From Octopus sinensis (Eukaryota), in assembly GCF_006345805.1 (NCBI RefSeq), contig NC_043022.1, forward strand, positions 7,440,001 through 7,504,000: 64,000 nucleotides of DNA, written 5' to 3'. The first letter of the stretch is position 1, and every line of letters starts with the position of its first letter. Made by a program: the position numbers and the translations under genes. Below are positions 25,560-38,250 of this stretch, piece by piece. The notes under the pieces were generated by a model. That model was given only the letters and a program-made list of their open reading frames with translations, did no database searches and had not been told where the DNA came from.

Positions 25560-25945
25560 TGGCTTCGAATTTGGGCACATGGCCAGCAATTTCAGGGAAG
25601 GGTTAAGTGCTTAGCTGGTACTTATTTTATCGACCCCTAAACGACGAAAGGCAGTGTCGACGTCAGGGGAATTTGAACTCAGAACGTAGTGGTAGACGAA
25701 ATACCTATTTCTTTACTACCCACAAGTGGCTACACATACATAGAGGGGACAAACAAGGACAGGCAAACGGATTAAGTCGATTATATCGACCCCAGTGCGT
25801 AATTGCTACTTATTTAATCGACCCCGAAAGGCTGAAAGGCAAAGTCGACCACGGCGGAATTTGAACTCAGAACGTAGCGGCAGATGAAATACCTCTAGGC
25901 ATTTCGGCCGGCGTGCTAACGATTCTCCCTGCTCACCGCCTTGTT
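25560..25945 (-). mobile_element. SINE family M multimer
   Basis: Two central domains joined by the aaatacctatttctttactacccac junction. Confidence 0.85.
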
Positions 25946-26059
25946 TTTGCTGAGAATTACAAATTAGATTGAAAAATGGATCGAGAAAGAGTAGTGGAAA
26001 AAATAACTGTAATACTATAGCCTCATGCCTAGCAAGCAGGAGAGCTGTACCAGGTTCTA

Positions 26060-26350
26060 GTCACCTGTTTTGACAAGGTTTCTATGGTCGGATGTCCTTC
26101 CTAATGCCAACCACTTTATGGAGTGTACTGGGTACTTCGTACATGGCGCTGGCATAGGTGCTCCCGTACGTGACACCTCCACGGATGCTTTTACGTGGCG
26201 CCAGCACAGGTGCTCTCCCTTTATGTGGTACCAGTATGGGTACTTTTTACATGACACCAGCACCTGGTTTTTGCAGACCAATCCCCTTCAGCAGGGGGAG
26301 TGGCATTAGCACTTCTGCTGTGGAGGATGAGTCTTCTTGATTACAGCAAG
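26060..26350 (-). mobile_element. Probable RTE-tail-related repeat fragment
   Basis: tttctatggtcggatgtccttcctaatgccaaccac motif shared with 61490-61525. Confidence 0.45.
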
Positions 26351-26365
26351 GTGCCTATATATCTC

Positions 26366-26465
26366 NNNNNNNNNNNNNNNNNNNNNNNNNNNNNNNNNNN
26401 NNNNNNNNNNNNNNNNNNNNNNNNNNNNNNNNNNNNNNNNNNNNNNNNNNNNNNNNNNNNNNNNN
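26366..26465. other. Assembly gap (100 N)
   Basis: N run. Confidence 1.
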
Positions 26466-26853
26466 ATGGATGGACGCATTGTGGGTAAATAATAAACGTC
26501 ATTTCCGCCAGAAGGAACACGTGATGAAATAATTTCGTAAACATTATGTCGTTTGCTTATTTTTCTTACACACACACACACACAACACACACACACACGT
26601 ATACACGCGCGCTTGCGCACAGAGTGTAGCATCTTAATGTTGTTCTTCGTTTTATGTCGACTCCCCTTTATTCTCTTACTATTCGCTTCTTCGCTCTCCC
26701 CATTCAATACCTCCCTGTCTGCTTCAATAATAGCTTTGCTCTTGTTGAAGTCGTCTCTATCTATTCCGACTTCTTTTGCTCTATCACTCTGCGTTTCTCT
26801 ATCACACACACACACACAGACACACACACACGTTCAGGGAATATGTACATATA

Positions 26854-27034
26854 GGCGTAGGAGTGGCTGTGTGGTAAGTAGCTTGCTTACCAGCCACATG
26901 GTTCCGGGTTCAGTCCCACTGTGTGGCACCTTGGGCAAGTGTCTTCTACTATGGCCTCGGGCGACCTAAGCCTTGTGAGTGGATTTGGTAGACGGAAACT
27001 GAAAGAACCCCGTCGTATATATGCATATATATGC

Positions 27035-27072
<38 letters not shown>

Positions 27073-27084
27073 TTGTGTGTGTTG

Positions 27085-27115
<31 letters not shown>

Positions 27116-27160
27116 ATGTTTGTGTGTCTGTGTTTGTACCCCCAACATCGCTTGACAACC
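26854..27160 (+). mobile_element. SINE family C, 3'-truncated, followed by family M fragments to ~27360
   Basis: Family match. Confidence 0.88.
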
Positions 27161-27519
27161 CTTACCTCTCCTCCAAAATTTCAGGCCTTGTGCCTTTAGT
27201 GGAAAGGATTATTTAGGTGGTGAGCTGGCAGAATCGTTAGCACGCCGGGTAAAATGCTTGTGACCTTTCGTCCGTCCTTAAGTTCTGTGTTCAAATTCCG
27301 CCGACGCCGATTTTACTTTTTATCCTTTCAATGTCGATAAAATAAGTACCAGTTGAATATTGGAGCCGATGCTCCAATATATCTTTAAACTCTACGTATA
27401 TTTACAGATTTTCGGATATATCATCAGTAAAGCGGGCTATTTAAATTATATAATGATATTTGCTAGCCGATGCCTTTGTACGGGCTTTGTAAGTCAAACT
27501 ACAATGGAACTGATACACG

Positions 27520-27581
<62 letters not shown>

Positions 27582-27604
27582 CTTTCACATACATGTATAT
27601 GTAT

Positions 27605-27800
27605 TTATAGGGAGAGTTTACGAAAAAAACAAAACAAAAGACGAAGACAGGTGGTGTACAAAACAAACAGATGTATTAGTATAACGCTCAGGAATAGAAA
27701 ATGTCTTTTACGTTTCGAGCCTACGCTCTTCTACAGAAAGGGACACAGAAAAAAACAAGGAGAGAAAAAAATGTGCGTAGTGGCTAACGATCTATCATGT
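27605..27800 (-). mobile_element. HHR-like repeat family H, copy C
   Basis: Minus 27740-27705: CTTT-CTGTAGA-A-GAGC-gtag-GCTC-GAAAC-GTA-AAAG; colinear with the 38050-38250 copy. Confidence 0.75.
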
Positions 27801-28812
27801 ATTTATATATGTTTGTGTATGTATATGTATATAGTTCGCCTGTTTTAACTGAGCAGTTCGACAACAAAATCCCGATAAAAATATGTACTAGCCTCGATTT
27901 GTCCGACGAAAGACCTTCAAAGCAGTGTCCTAACATGGCCAAGGACTAAAAGATAATTAAAAAATTACAAAAATTAAAAAGAAATTCGTTCTTATTTAGA
28001 ATCTTATCGATATTTTTGTTGACACGTGACATTTTCGTTCCCATTGGGAATTAAATCCATTTAAAAATTACATTAAAATATATTAAAAAATTAGTAATGA
28101 AAATCCACAACGAAATATTTTCTTAAATTTTATTTGATGTAATGAAGTTTGTCTTAATCATATAGTTGTACGTGCATTATTACGCGTGTTTGGTTACCAA
28201 GTGAAGTATACAAGCGATGCTTAACGAGAGACCTGGACGGGAAGGTGGCGAGCGGATTTCATCACGCCTCTATGAGAGTTCCCTATTTATTAAATAAAAA
28301 AAAAATGAAACTAGAAAATATTTAAAAAAAAAAAAACGAATCTAAAACGGTATTCAGTTCAAATTTAGTAGCAATTATTTAAGTAGATTAGTTTAAATTT
28401 ATGATTTTAAGAAACGAGACTTAGCTGGCCATGGAGTAGAAATTTTCCGGAAGGAAATTATTCTGTGATGCAAAGATCAAATTTATTCGACACGTTGATA
28501 TATGATAATGGCGACGGTTATCGTAATGGCGGCGGTGATGTTTGTAGTGCAGATTACAGCCATCATAAATCGAAGATTTTTCTAATAATACCTTATATCT
28601 TTCGTCTGCATAGAGTGCTCTCACGTATGAAAAATTGGTTAAGTTAGGTTAGTGGAGACAAGTTGTTAGTCTTTAACCCCGGTTGGCCTTATATTTTATA
28701 AATGTTTTATTAAAAAACACGACTATGCTCTTGTTTTACCTTTTTTTTATTAAAGATATTTCGTATTTTTGTCTAAGTTTTTTTGTACTTTTAAATTTTC
28801 ACTACATATATT

Positions 28813-29228
28813 CTTATTTCTTTACTACCCACAAGGGGCTAAACACAGAGAGGACAAACAAGGACAGACAAAGGGAAGTCGAGTACATCGACCCCAGTGC
28901 GTAACTGGTACTTAATTTATCGACCCCGAAAGGATGACAGGCAAAGTCGACCTTTGCGGAATTTGGACTCAGAACGTAATGGCAGAGGAAATACCTATTT
29001 CTTTACTACCCGCAAGGGGCTAAACACAGAGAGGACAAACAAGGACATATAAACGGATTAATTTGATTATATTGACCCCAGTGCGTAACTGGTACTTATT
29101 TAATCGACCCCGAAAGGATGAAAGGCAAAGTCGACCTCGGCGGAATTTGAACTCGGAACGTAACGGCAGACGAAATACCGCTAAGCATTTCGCCCGGCGT
29201 GCTAACGTTTCTGTCAATTCGCCGCCTT
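28813..29228 (-). mobile_element. SINE family M dimer
   Basis: Two units with the recurrent junction. Confidence 0.9.
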
Positions 29229-29257
29229 TCTCTGCATATATTCTATAGAATTTAGAG

Positions 29258-29525
29258 CCGCGGTTCCCAAACGTTTTCGAGCTGTCGCCCCCTTAGCACG
29301 CTGGTCACATTCCTAGTCCTCCCCGCCACTCACCGCCACAAACATAGACTACTCTGAGCAGCAAATTTAAAACAAATGTATTTCACAATTGAAACGTCAC
29401 TTAATAAACTCATTATTTTTCTGTTTTTACATCCATCGCCTCCTCTTGGTCACCCCATTATTGTCCCAGTATTGCCTCACAACGCCCACGGAGTAGGGTA
29501 GTAGCGCCCACTTCGGGAATCGCTG
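29258..29525. mobile_element. hAT (Charlie-like) MITE
   Basis: TIRs ccgcggttcccaaac and cttcgggaatcgctg (11/15 match); perfect 8-bp TSD ATTTAGAG at 29250-29257 and 29526-29533. Confidence 0.85.
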
Positions 29526-29784
29526 ATTTAGAGCCGACGCTGAAAGTCACGCCGTTTCGTATACATCTACGTAAAGAATGCGATCGAAGATAGGAAAATA
29601 TGACGTGGGTGTATATGCATAATACAGGAGTTACTGAATCGCACTGCTAACACAGAAAGTAGGAGACAATAACGATTTATTAACCTTAACATACCTGGTG
29701 GTTTCTTATGGCTGCAATACGAAATACGGTGTCCCTACCAGCAAGTCATATATATGTATCAGTTGCCAGGAATGCGTTTAATGT

Positions 29785-30207
29785 ATATTTCTTTATTCCC
29801 ACAGGGGGCTAAACACAGAGGGGATAAACAAGGACAGACAAACGGATTAAGTCGATTATATCGACCCCAGTGCGTTACTGCTACTTATTTAATCGACCCC
29901 GAAAGGATGAAAGGCAAAGTCGACCTCGGCGGAATTTGAACTCAGAACGTAGCGGCAAACGAAATACCTATTTCTTTACTACCCACAAGGGGCTAAACAC
30001 GGAGAGGATAAACAAGGACAGCCAAACGGATTAAGTCGATTATATCGACCCCAGTTCGTAACTGGTACTTATTTTAATCGACCCCGAAAGGATGAAAGGC
30101 AAAGTCGACCTCGGCGGAATTTGAACTCAGAACGTAGCGGCAGACGAAATACCGCTAAGCATTTCGCCTGGGGTGCTAACGTTTCTTATTTCTTTATTGC
30201 CCACAAG
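29785..30207 (-). mobile_element. SINE family M multimer
   Basis: Two units plus a second tail stub; both junction types present. Confidence 0.9.
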
Positions 30208-30861
30208 AATTGCTCTTTTAATAGTTGTTGAGTTTACCTCGACATTACAACTAAAGAAATTTTCTACCAACACGCTTTCACGTCAGCAGTCACGTGTTAA
30301 TTTATTGATGAGCGTGTGATTGACATGTGTGTTTCACAACCACGGGAGAACGCCAAGCGCTCCTCGCGCCGCAGGTTCGTGAGACGGTTGTGATCTGTAA
30401 ACAGTTTTGAGTAAAAACCGGAAAGAGAAGTATGAACATGCAATGCACATATGCACACTGCATTTGCAAAACAGAAGAGAAGACTAAAAATACAAAGAAC
30501 ATGTCGAATGAATTGTGCAATGGTCTGCATGCCACAGCTGAAACCACGCACGCAGCCTTGCTGCAATTTTCTAGTTTCAGCATTGTGCTTTGGTACGAGG
30601 TTTACTGCTATGTTGCGAGCGGGCAGAATTGCAAGCGCGTTGGACAAAATCCAAAGCCGTATTTCTGCCGGCCCTTGACCTTCTGAGTTTAAATCCCACC
30701 GAGGTCAACTCTGCTTTCCATATCTTCAGGGTTCGATAAAATAAAGTACCAGCCAAGTTTTAGGATCTCGATATAATCCCTTACAAACCCCTTATTTTTC
30801 AAAATTGCTGGTTTTGAACCCTGCAACAGACTAGCGTTCCGTTCATAAGAAGTGTTGTGAT

Positions 30862-31310
30862 TTCAGTCAATCTCTCATCAACTTCTTCAAGTATCACTTG
30901 AAAAGGAAAGTGAAAGTAGAGAAGCAAGTTTTGTCTAGCGAGTGTTTCAAAAAAAGATGAGTGAATGTAGCAAGGATGGCACGTATAAATGACGAAGCCA
31001 CCTTGAGCATAATCCTATGAACCCGAGTTACTTACTTGCAAATAAATGTGTGAACATGTGATATTATTGACCGAGGTTACCGTGGTCTTTTCCGGAGGCT
31101 TTTCTTTTCACGGATAAACCTTATCTGTTTCCCTCTTTACATCATGACATTTCTGTGATACACGATCCCAATTGATCGTTTTTTGCTTTTTCTTTCTTTT
31201 TTTACGATCCCTTTTGATCGACAACCTACCCCACTTTTTTTTTCTCCCCAAAAAGAAAAGCTCTACTTTGTAATTTGCCCCCTCTGTGTTCAACCCTATG
31301 TGGCTAATAA
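30862..31310 (+). mobile_element. Probable L1/Tx1-like LINE 3' end (degraded ORF2 C-terminus plus 3' UTR)
   Basis: FSQSLINFFKYHLKRKVKVEKQVLSSECFKKR*VNVARMARINDEATLSIIL* ending at 31020 (TGA where Trp is expected), then an A-rich end; family assignment from recall. Confidence 0.45.
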
Positions 31311-31316
31311 AGAAAC

Positions 31317-31317
31317 A

Positions 31318-31375
<58 letters not shown>

Positions 31376-31441
31376 CCAGTCTGTCTATCTATCTATCTAT
31401 CTACCTACCAGTCTGTCTATCTACCTACCAGTCTGTCTATA

Positions 31442-31511
<70 letters not shown>

Positions 31512-31701
31512 CCTACCAGTCTGTCTATCTACCTACCAGTCTGTCTATCTATCTACCAGTCTGTCTATCTATCTACCTATCTATCTATCTATCTATATAT
31601 CTATCTATCTACCAGTCTGTCTATCTATCTACCAGTCTGTCTATCTATCTATCTCTATCTATCTATCTATATCTATCTATCTACCTATCTATCTATCTAT
31701 C

Positions 31702-31768
<67 letters not shown>

Positions 31769-31770
31769 CT
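31317..31770. repeat. (TATC)n microsatellite with accagtctgtc variants
   Basis: Direct reading. Confidence 0.95.
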
Positions 31771-31989
31771 GTTTTGCTCCTCTTCCTTCCTTCCACTCTC
31801 CCCCTGTCTCATTGTTCCCACTCCTCCTCTCCGTCTTCCAGCTTCATATTTCCCTCTGACTCCCCCTGCCCTCCGCCTCCCTCATCCAGTCACTTCGCCT
31901 TCAAATGAACTGCATTCTCCCGTATTTTCTCATTAAGCCTGATTTCTCCTCGGATTGTAACATTGACATGAAGATGGATGAGGCGTTAA

Positions 31990-32590
31990 CTAGCAGCGGC
32001 GGCAGCAGCATCACCAGCAGCAGCAGCATCACAAGCAGCAGCAGCAGCAGCACCACCACCACCACCACCAACACTACTATCACCACAAGCCCCACCAGCA
32101 CCACCAGTACCGCCATCACCACCACCACCACCACCATCACTACCACCAACACCAACACCATCACAACCACCACCACCACCACCACCACCACCACCAACCA
32201 CCACCACCACCACCATCAGCACCAGCACCAGCACCAGCACCGCTATCACCACCACCACCACTACCACCAACACCACCACCACCACCACCAACAACAACAA
32301 CCACCACCACCACCATCATCAGCACCAGCACCAGCACCAGCACCAGCACCACCACCAGCACCACTACCGCCAATACCACCTCCACCCCACCACCACCCCC
32401 ACCACCACACCACCACCACCACACCACCACCACCACCACACCACCACCATCAGCACCACCAGTACCAGCGCCACCAGCACCAGCACCACTACTACCACTT
32501 CTGCCCCCAAAAAAAACTACCATCACCAACCACCAGCACCACCACCACAAGCACCACCACCACCAACACTATCATCATTGACGTCGTCGT
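31990..32590. repeat. Degenerate (CAC/CAG)n trinucleotide tract
   Basis: Direct reading. Confidence 0.92.
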
Positions 32591-32774
32591 CGTCATCGAC
32601 ATCGTCACACTGATTAACACCGAAGGGGCATCTCTATCTATCCATATGTGACTATGATGGATTCTTCAGATGAAGCGGGGACATCCTAGTGGCACATATA
32701 TATATATATACATATATATGCAAGACGCAACGAAAATTTTAGAAAACTAAAAACGAGAAAAAAGTGGAAAGTAC

Positions 32775-33240
32775 GAAACTAGTACTTAATTTATCGAACC
32801 CCGAAAGGATGAAAAGCAAAATAAACTTCGGTGGAATTTGAACTTAGAACGTAGCGACAGACGAAATACCTATTTCTTTACTACCCACATGGGGGCTAAA
32901 CACAGAGGGGACAAACAAAGACAGACACACGGATTAAGTTGACTATATCGACTCCAGTGCGTAACTGGTACTTAATTTATCGACACCGAAAGGATGAAAG
33001 GCAAAGTCGACCTCGGCGGAATTTGAACTTAGAACGTAGCGGCAAACCAAATACCTATTTCTTTACTACCCACAGAGAGGACAAACAAGGACAGACAAAC
33101 GGATTAAGTCGACTTTGACTTTCATCCTTCGGGGTCGATAAATAAAGTACCAGTTACGCACTGGGGTCGATGTAATCGACTTAATCCCTTTGTCTGTCCT
33201 TGTTTGTCCCCTCTATGTTTAGCCCATTGTGGGGGTAATA
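32775..33240. mobile_element. SINE family M multimer (minus) with a strand switch to a plus-strand unit at ~33110
   Basis: ggattaagtcga|ctttgactttcatcc junction. Confidence 0.85.
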
Positions 33241-33821
33241 AAAAAACAGATATGATGTTGGATTCTCTTGCCGTGAACGACAAATGAGGCTTCAGTAAAA
33301 TAAAGCGTTAATCAAGCTCTCTGGACACGACCATCTCTCTTGAGACCTGCTGGTGGCTTGCAAACCTTTTGATCAGTATGGTCACATGTATGGCTTATTA
33401 AACCAGGCCGAGGAATTGCAAAATCGACAATGTATTTGAATGTGTATCTCTGTCTGCCGGTGTTTGGATATTTACGTCCCTGTAACTTAACGATTCGGTT
33501 AAAGGGTCCGCGATACTAAGTACCAGCCTAGAATACATTGAAAAGATATCGCATGGCACCTTTAACAGTTTCCACGTCTTTATCTTCGAGATACGCTGTA
33601 TCTAAATAGAAATAAGAAAAAAGAAAAAAATGGGGCGACGGTTTAGGGTTGCATAGGGCCCTTTGATCATAAGTCTTACTATATTATATAAAGTAGACTT
33701 GAGGGTGGGGCTAAGCAACAACAACAACAACAACAAAAACAAAAGAAATCAATAAATACAAAAAACCTACAAATGAAAACAAGCAAAAATGTCTTTCATA
33801 TATGTACATATATATATATAC

Positions 33822-33867
<46 letters not shown>

Positions 33868-34159
33868 GTATATACATATATAAAGAAAAAAGTGTGTATA
33901 TACTCTTTTACTCTTTTACTCTTTTACTTGTTTCAGTCATTTGACTGCGGCCATGCTGGAGCACCGCCTTTTGTCGAGCAACTCGACCCTCGGGACTTAT
34001 TCTTTTGTAAGCCCAGTACTTATTCTATCGGTCTCTTTTTGCCGAACCGCTAAGTAACATATATAAATATATATATTTTCATCACATGCGTCCTTATTAA
34101 CATTTAAAGCGGCGCCGTCTCAACAGCACCGACAAGAACTGCAACAACAACAAGACAGC

Positions 34160-34463
34160 AGCAGCAGAAGAAGAAGAAGAAGAAGAAGAAGAAGAAGAAG
34201 AAGAAGAAGAAAGAGCAAAAGCAAGATGAGCAGACGACAAGAAATTCATCTCGAACGCTAGTATTTACGTCACCTTTAACAGAAATATGTTCGATTAGAA
34301 CCTACTACCACTACAACTCTTCCTCCTCCTCCCCCCTCCTACGCCCCTCCCCTCCCTTCCTCCTCCTCCTCCACAACAAGAACAGCAGCAGCAACAACTA
34401 CAACAACAGCTACTACTACTACTACTACTACTACTACAACTACTACTACCACCACCACTACTA

Positions 34464-34512
<49 letters not shown>

Positions 34513-34549
34513 CACCACCACCACCACCACCACCACCACCACCACCACC

Positions 34550-34601
<52 letters not shown>

Positions 34602-34823
34602 TTACAACAACTCCCCATCCAACAACAACAGCTACCACTACTACCACTACAACTCCTCTTTCTCCAACAACAACAACAACTACTACTACTACTGTTGTTG
34701 ATAATGATGATGATTATGATGATGAGGATGCTACTGCTGTTTACTGCAGCATCATCATAAATTACAAATACTCTGAGGAATGTGGACACGACAACGTCAA
34801 TGAAGAAGAAGAAGAAGAAGAAG

Positions 34824-34855
<32 letters not shown>

Positions 34856-35068
34856 GAGGCTGATTATGAGGATGATGGTGGTGGTGAGGGTAGCAGCGGG
34901 GTTGTTATTGTTGATGGTGGTGGTGGTGGTGGTGGTGATGATGATGATGGTGTGAGTGTAGCAGCAGTGTTGTTGTTATTGTTGTTGTTGGTGGTGGTGC
35001 TGCTGGTGACGTTGATGATGATGATGATGATGATGTTAATGATGTTAATGATGATGATGAAAAAGAAG

Positions 35069-35124
<56 letters not shown>

Positions 35125-35125
35125 G
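34160..35125. repeat. Compound simple repeats (GAA, TAC, CAC, GGT, GAT, TATC)
   Basis: Direct reading. Confidence 0.92.
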
Positions 35126-35161
35126 TATGATGTATGTATATATGTCTAAAAGACACCCATC

Positions 35162-35204
<43 letters not shown>

Positions 35205-35602
35205 TACGATAAGCTTCTTTCAGTTTCCGTCTCCCAGATTCACTCACAAGGCTTTTGTTGGCGTAAAGCTATAGTAGAAGGTGCCACGTAGTAGGACTGA
35301 ACCGAAACGATGGGGGAAAGCAAATTCTTACCTCACAACTACGCCTACGCCTATTTTCTTGTTAGTGACCTGGTCGCAGGTTCGAGCGACGAAAAATTCA
35401 ACGCTAATATAACAAAGAATAAATGTTTAAGCGAATATAACTATCTTCGCGTGTTTCTGGGTGGTTCGCTTGTCTCTTCCACACTCCAATCGCTTTAGTT
35501 TCAACACACGATATCAGATTGAAACATTTGTCATCCAAGTATATCTGCGCAAGGAACTTAAAATTTAGAGGAAATTCTAGAAGAAATTTAGAACGATATT
35601 TA

Positions 35603-36201
35603 TTTTTTTATTGCCCACAGGGGGCTAAACACAGAGGGGACAAACAGGGACAGACAAAGGGATTAAGTCGATTACATCGACCCCAGTGCGTAACTGGTAC
35701 TTATTTAATCGACCCCGAAAGGATGAAAGGCTAAGTCGACCTCACCGGATTTGAACTCAGAACGTAACGGCAGACGAAATACCTATTACTTTACTACCCA
35801 CACGGGGCTAAACACAGAAAGGACTAACAAGGACAGACAAAAGGATTAAGTCGATTACATGAACCCCAGTGCGTAACTGGTACTTATTTAATCGAACCCG
35901 AAAGGATGAAAGTCAAAGTCGACCTCGGCGGAACTTGAACTCAGAACGTAACGGCAGACGAAATACCTATTTCTTTACTACCCACACGGGGCTAAACACA
36001 GAAAGGACTAACAAGGACAGACAAAAGGATTAAGTCGATTACATGAACCCCAGTGCGTAACTGGTACTTATTTAATCGAACCCGAAAGGATGAAAGGCAA
36101 AGACGACCTCGGCGGAATTTGAACTCAGAACGTTAGCGGCAGACGAAATACCGCTAAGCATTTCGCCCGGCGTGCTAACGTTTCTGCCAGCTCGCCGCCT
36201 T
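35603..36201 (-). mobile_element. SINE family M trimer
   Basis: Three ~185 bp units; only the rightmost retains the full head. Confidence 0.92.
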
Positions 36202-36359
36202 AATTTAGAATGATACTGATGATGTGAGGCGTATGGTGCGTCCATTTTGAAGAAGAGGCTTTATTCTGAAAGTTGTTTAAAAGCATTGAGTGTTAGATTA
36301 ATCGCAGCGTTGGAATAATCTGGAGAGAAGCCGTTGTAGAAATTATGTAGGAATGGTAA

Positions 36360-37126
36360 AAGGCGGCGAGCTGGCAGAAACGTTAGCAGGCCGGGCGAAA
36401 TGCGTAGCCGTATTTCGTCTGCCGTTACGTTCTGAGTTCAAATTCCGTCGAGGTCGACTTTGCCTTTCATCCTTTCGAGGTCGATAAATTAAGTACGATT
36501 TACGCACTGGGGTCGATGTAATCGACTTAATCCGTTTGTCTGTCCTTGTTTGTCCCCTCTGTGTTTAGTCCCTTGTGGGTAGTAAAGTAATAGGTATTTC
36601 GTCTGCCGTTACGTTCTGAGTTCAAATTCCGGTGAGGTCGACTTTGCCTTTCATCCTTTCGGGGTCAATAAATTAAGCACCAGTTACGCACTGGGGTCGA
36701 TGTAATCGACTTAATCCCTTTGTCTCACCTTGTTTGTCCCCTCTGTGTTTAGCCCCTTGTGGGTAGTAAAGAAATAGGTATTTCGTATGTCTTTACGTTC
36801 TGAGTTCAAATTCTGCCGAGGTCGACTTTGCCTTTCATCCTTTCGAGGTCGATGAATTCAGTACGAGTTACGCACTGGGGTCGATGTAATCGACTTAATC
36901 CGTTTGTCTCTCCTTGTTTGTTCCTTTTGTGTTTAGCCTCTTGTAAAGAAATAGATATTTCCTCTGCCATTACGTTCTGAGTTCAAATTCCGCTGAGGTC
37001 GACTTTGCCTTTCATCCTTTCGGGGTCGATAAATTAAGCACCAGTTACGCACTGGGGTCGATGTAATCGACTTAATCCCTTGTTTGTCCCCTCTGTGTTT
37101 AGCCCCTTGTGGGTAGTAAAGAAATA
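36360..37126 (+). mobile_element. SINE family M tetramer
   Basis: Full head, then units restarting at ggtatttcgtctgcc. Confidence 0.92.
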
Positions 37127-37526
37127 TATGTAGAAATGGTAAATCACAAGTTCTTGCCGAGTGAGGTAACGTGACTCATATAGGTGCTGAGGGAAATTGG
37201 ATTGGGTGGAAAAATAATTTCGGGTGCAGCTGTGATATGAAGGAACTGTTGAACGCAGGTTTCAAATCCGTTTAAAGAAGGTCAAAGGGGTAGGAAGTAG
37301 AGAGTGGGTAAGAGAAATTTGTGGAGGTTGATGCTTCGGAGAAGCTTGATGGGAAGTGCAACAAGGGAACCCCAGTGGTGGGTAAAGGTGTGGTCGATGA
37401 CCTCGCACACACATACGCACGTGATGTGCACGTACAGACAGATTACAACCTGCCATATGTTCCACCCGTGACCTACGGTATGTACCGAGTACTTTTAAAA
37501 CTGGGTGAGGCCATCATTTTCTGGGT

Positions 37527-37930
37527 CTCTTTTACTTTCTTTTACTTGTTTCAGTCAGTTCACTGTGGCCATGCTGGAGCACTGCCTTTAGTCGAGTAAA
37601 TCGGCCCCAGGACTTATTCTTTGTAAGCCTTGTACTTATTCTATCAGTCTCTTTTGCCAAAGCGCTAAGTTACGATGATGTAAACACACCAGCATCGGTT
37701 GTCAAGCAATGCTAGGGGGTCAAACACAAACACACAAACATATACGCGCACATACATATATATATATACATATACATATATACGATGGGCTTCTTTCAGT
37801 TTCCGTTTACCAAATCCACTCACTAGGCTTTGGTCGGCCCGAGGGTATAGTAGAAGACACTTGCCCAAAGTGCCCTGCAGTGGGACTGAACCCGCAACCA
37901 TGTGGTTGGTTAGCAAGCTACTTACCACTC
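37527..37930 (-). mobile_element. SINE family C, near full length
   Basis: Family match. Confidence 0.9.
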
Positions 37931-38049
37931 CTTTGTTTTGTTTTCCATTTGTCTTTCGTCGTTCGAAAGAATTGTTCATATTCCGTGTACTCGGGCTTCG
38001 TATGTTTTTGTTGTACACGTTTCATGACGTCCTGTGCCCACTTATGCAT

Positions 38050-38250
38050 ATATATAGGGAAAGTTTACGAAAAAAACCCCAAAAGACAAAGACAGGTGGT
38101 GTACAAAACAAACAGATGTATTAGTATAGCGCTCAGGAATAGAAAAAGTCTTTTACGTTTCGAGCCTATGCTCTTCTACAGAAAGGTACACAGAAAAAAC
38201 AAGAAGAGAAACAAGGAGAAAAAAAATGTGTGTAGTGGCTAACGATCTAA
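38050..38250 (-). mobile_element. HHR-like repeat family H, copy D
   Basis: Minus 38185-38150: CTTT-CTGTAGA-A-GAGC-atag-GCTC-GAAAC-GTA-AAAG. Confidence 0.75.

Noticed and set aside
35603-37126. Regularly spaced repeats as a CRISPR array (also 46565-47480 and 52877-53804)
   Set aside because: Eukaryotic context; units are contiguous TE-derived or minisatellite repeats without unique spacers, and there are no cas genes
37130-37520. Possible degraded PLE GIY-YIG region (also 24830-25400 and 50080-50680)
   Set aside because: The resemblance is too faint to support without alignment
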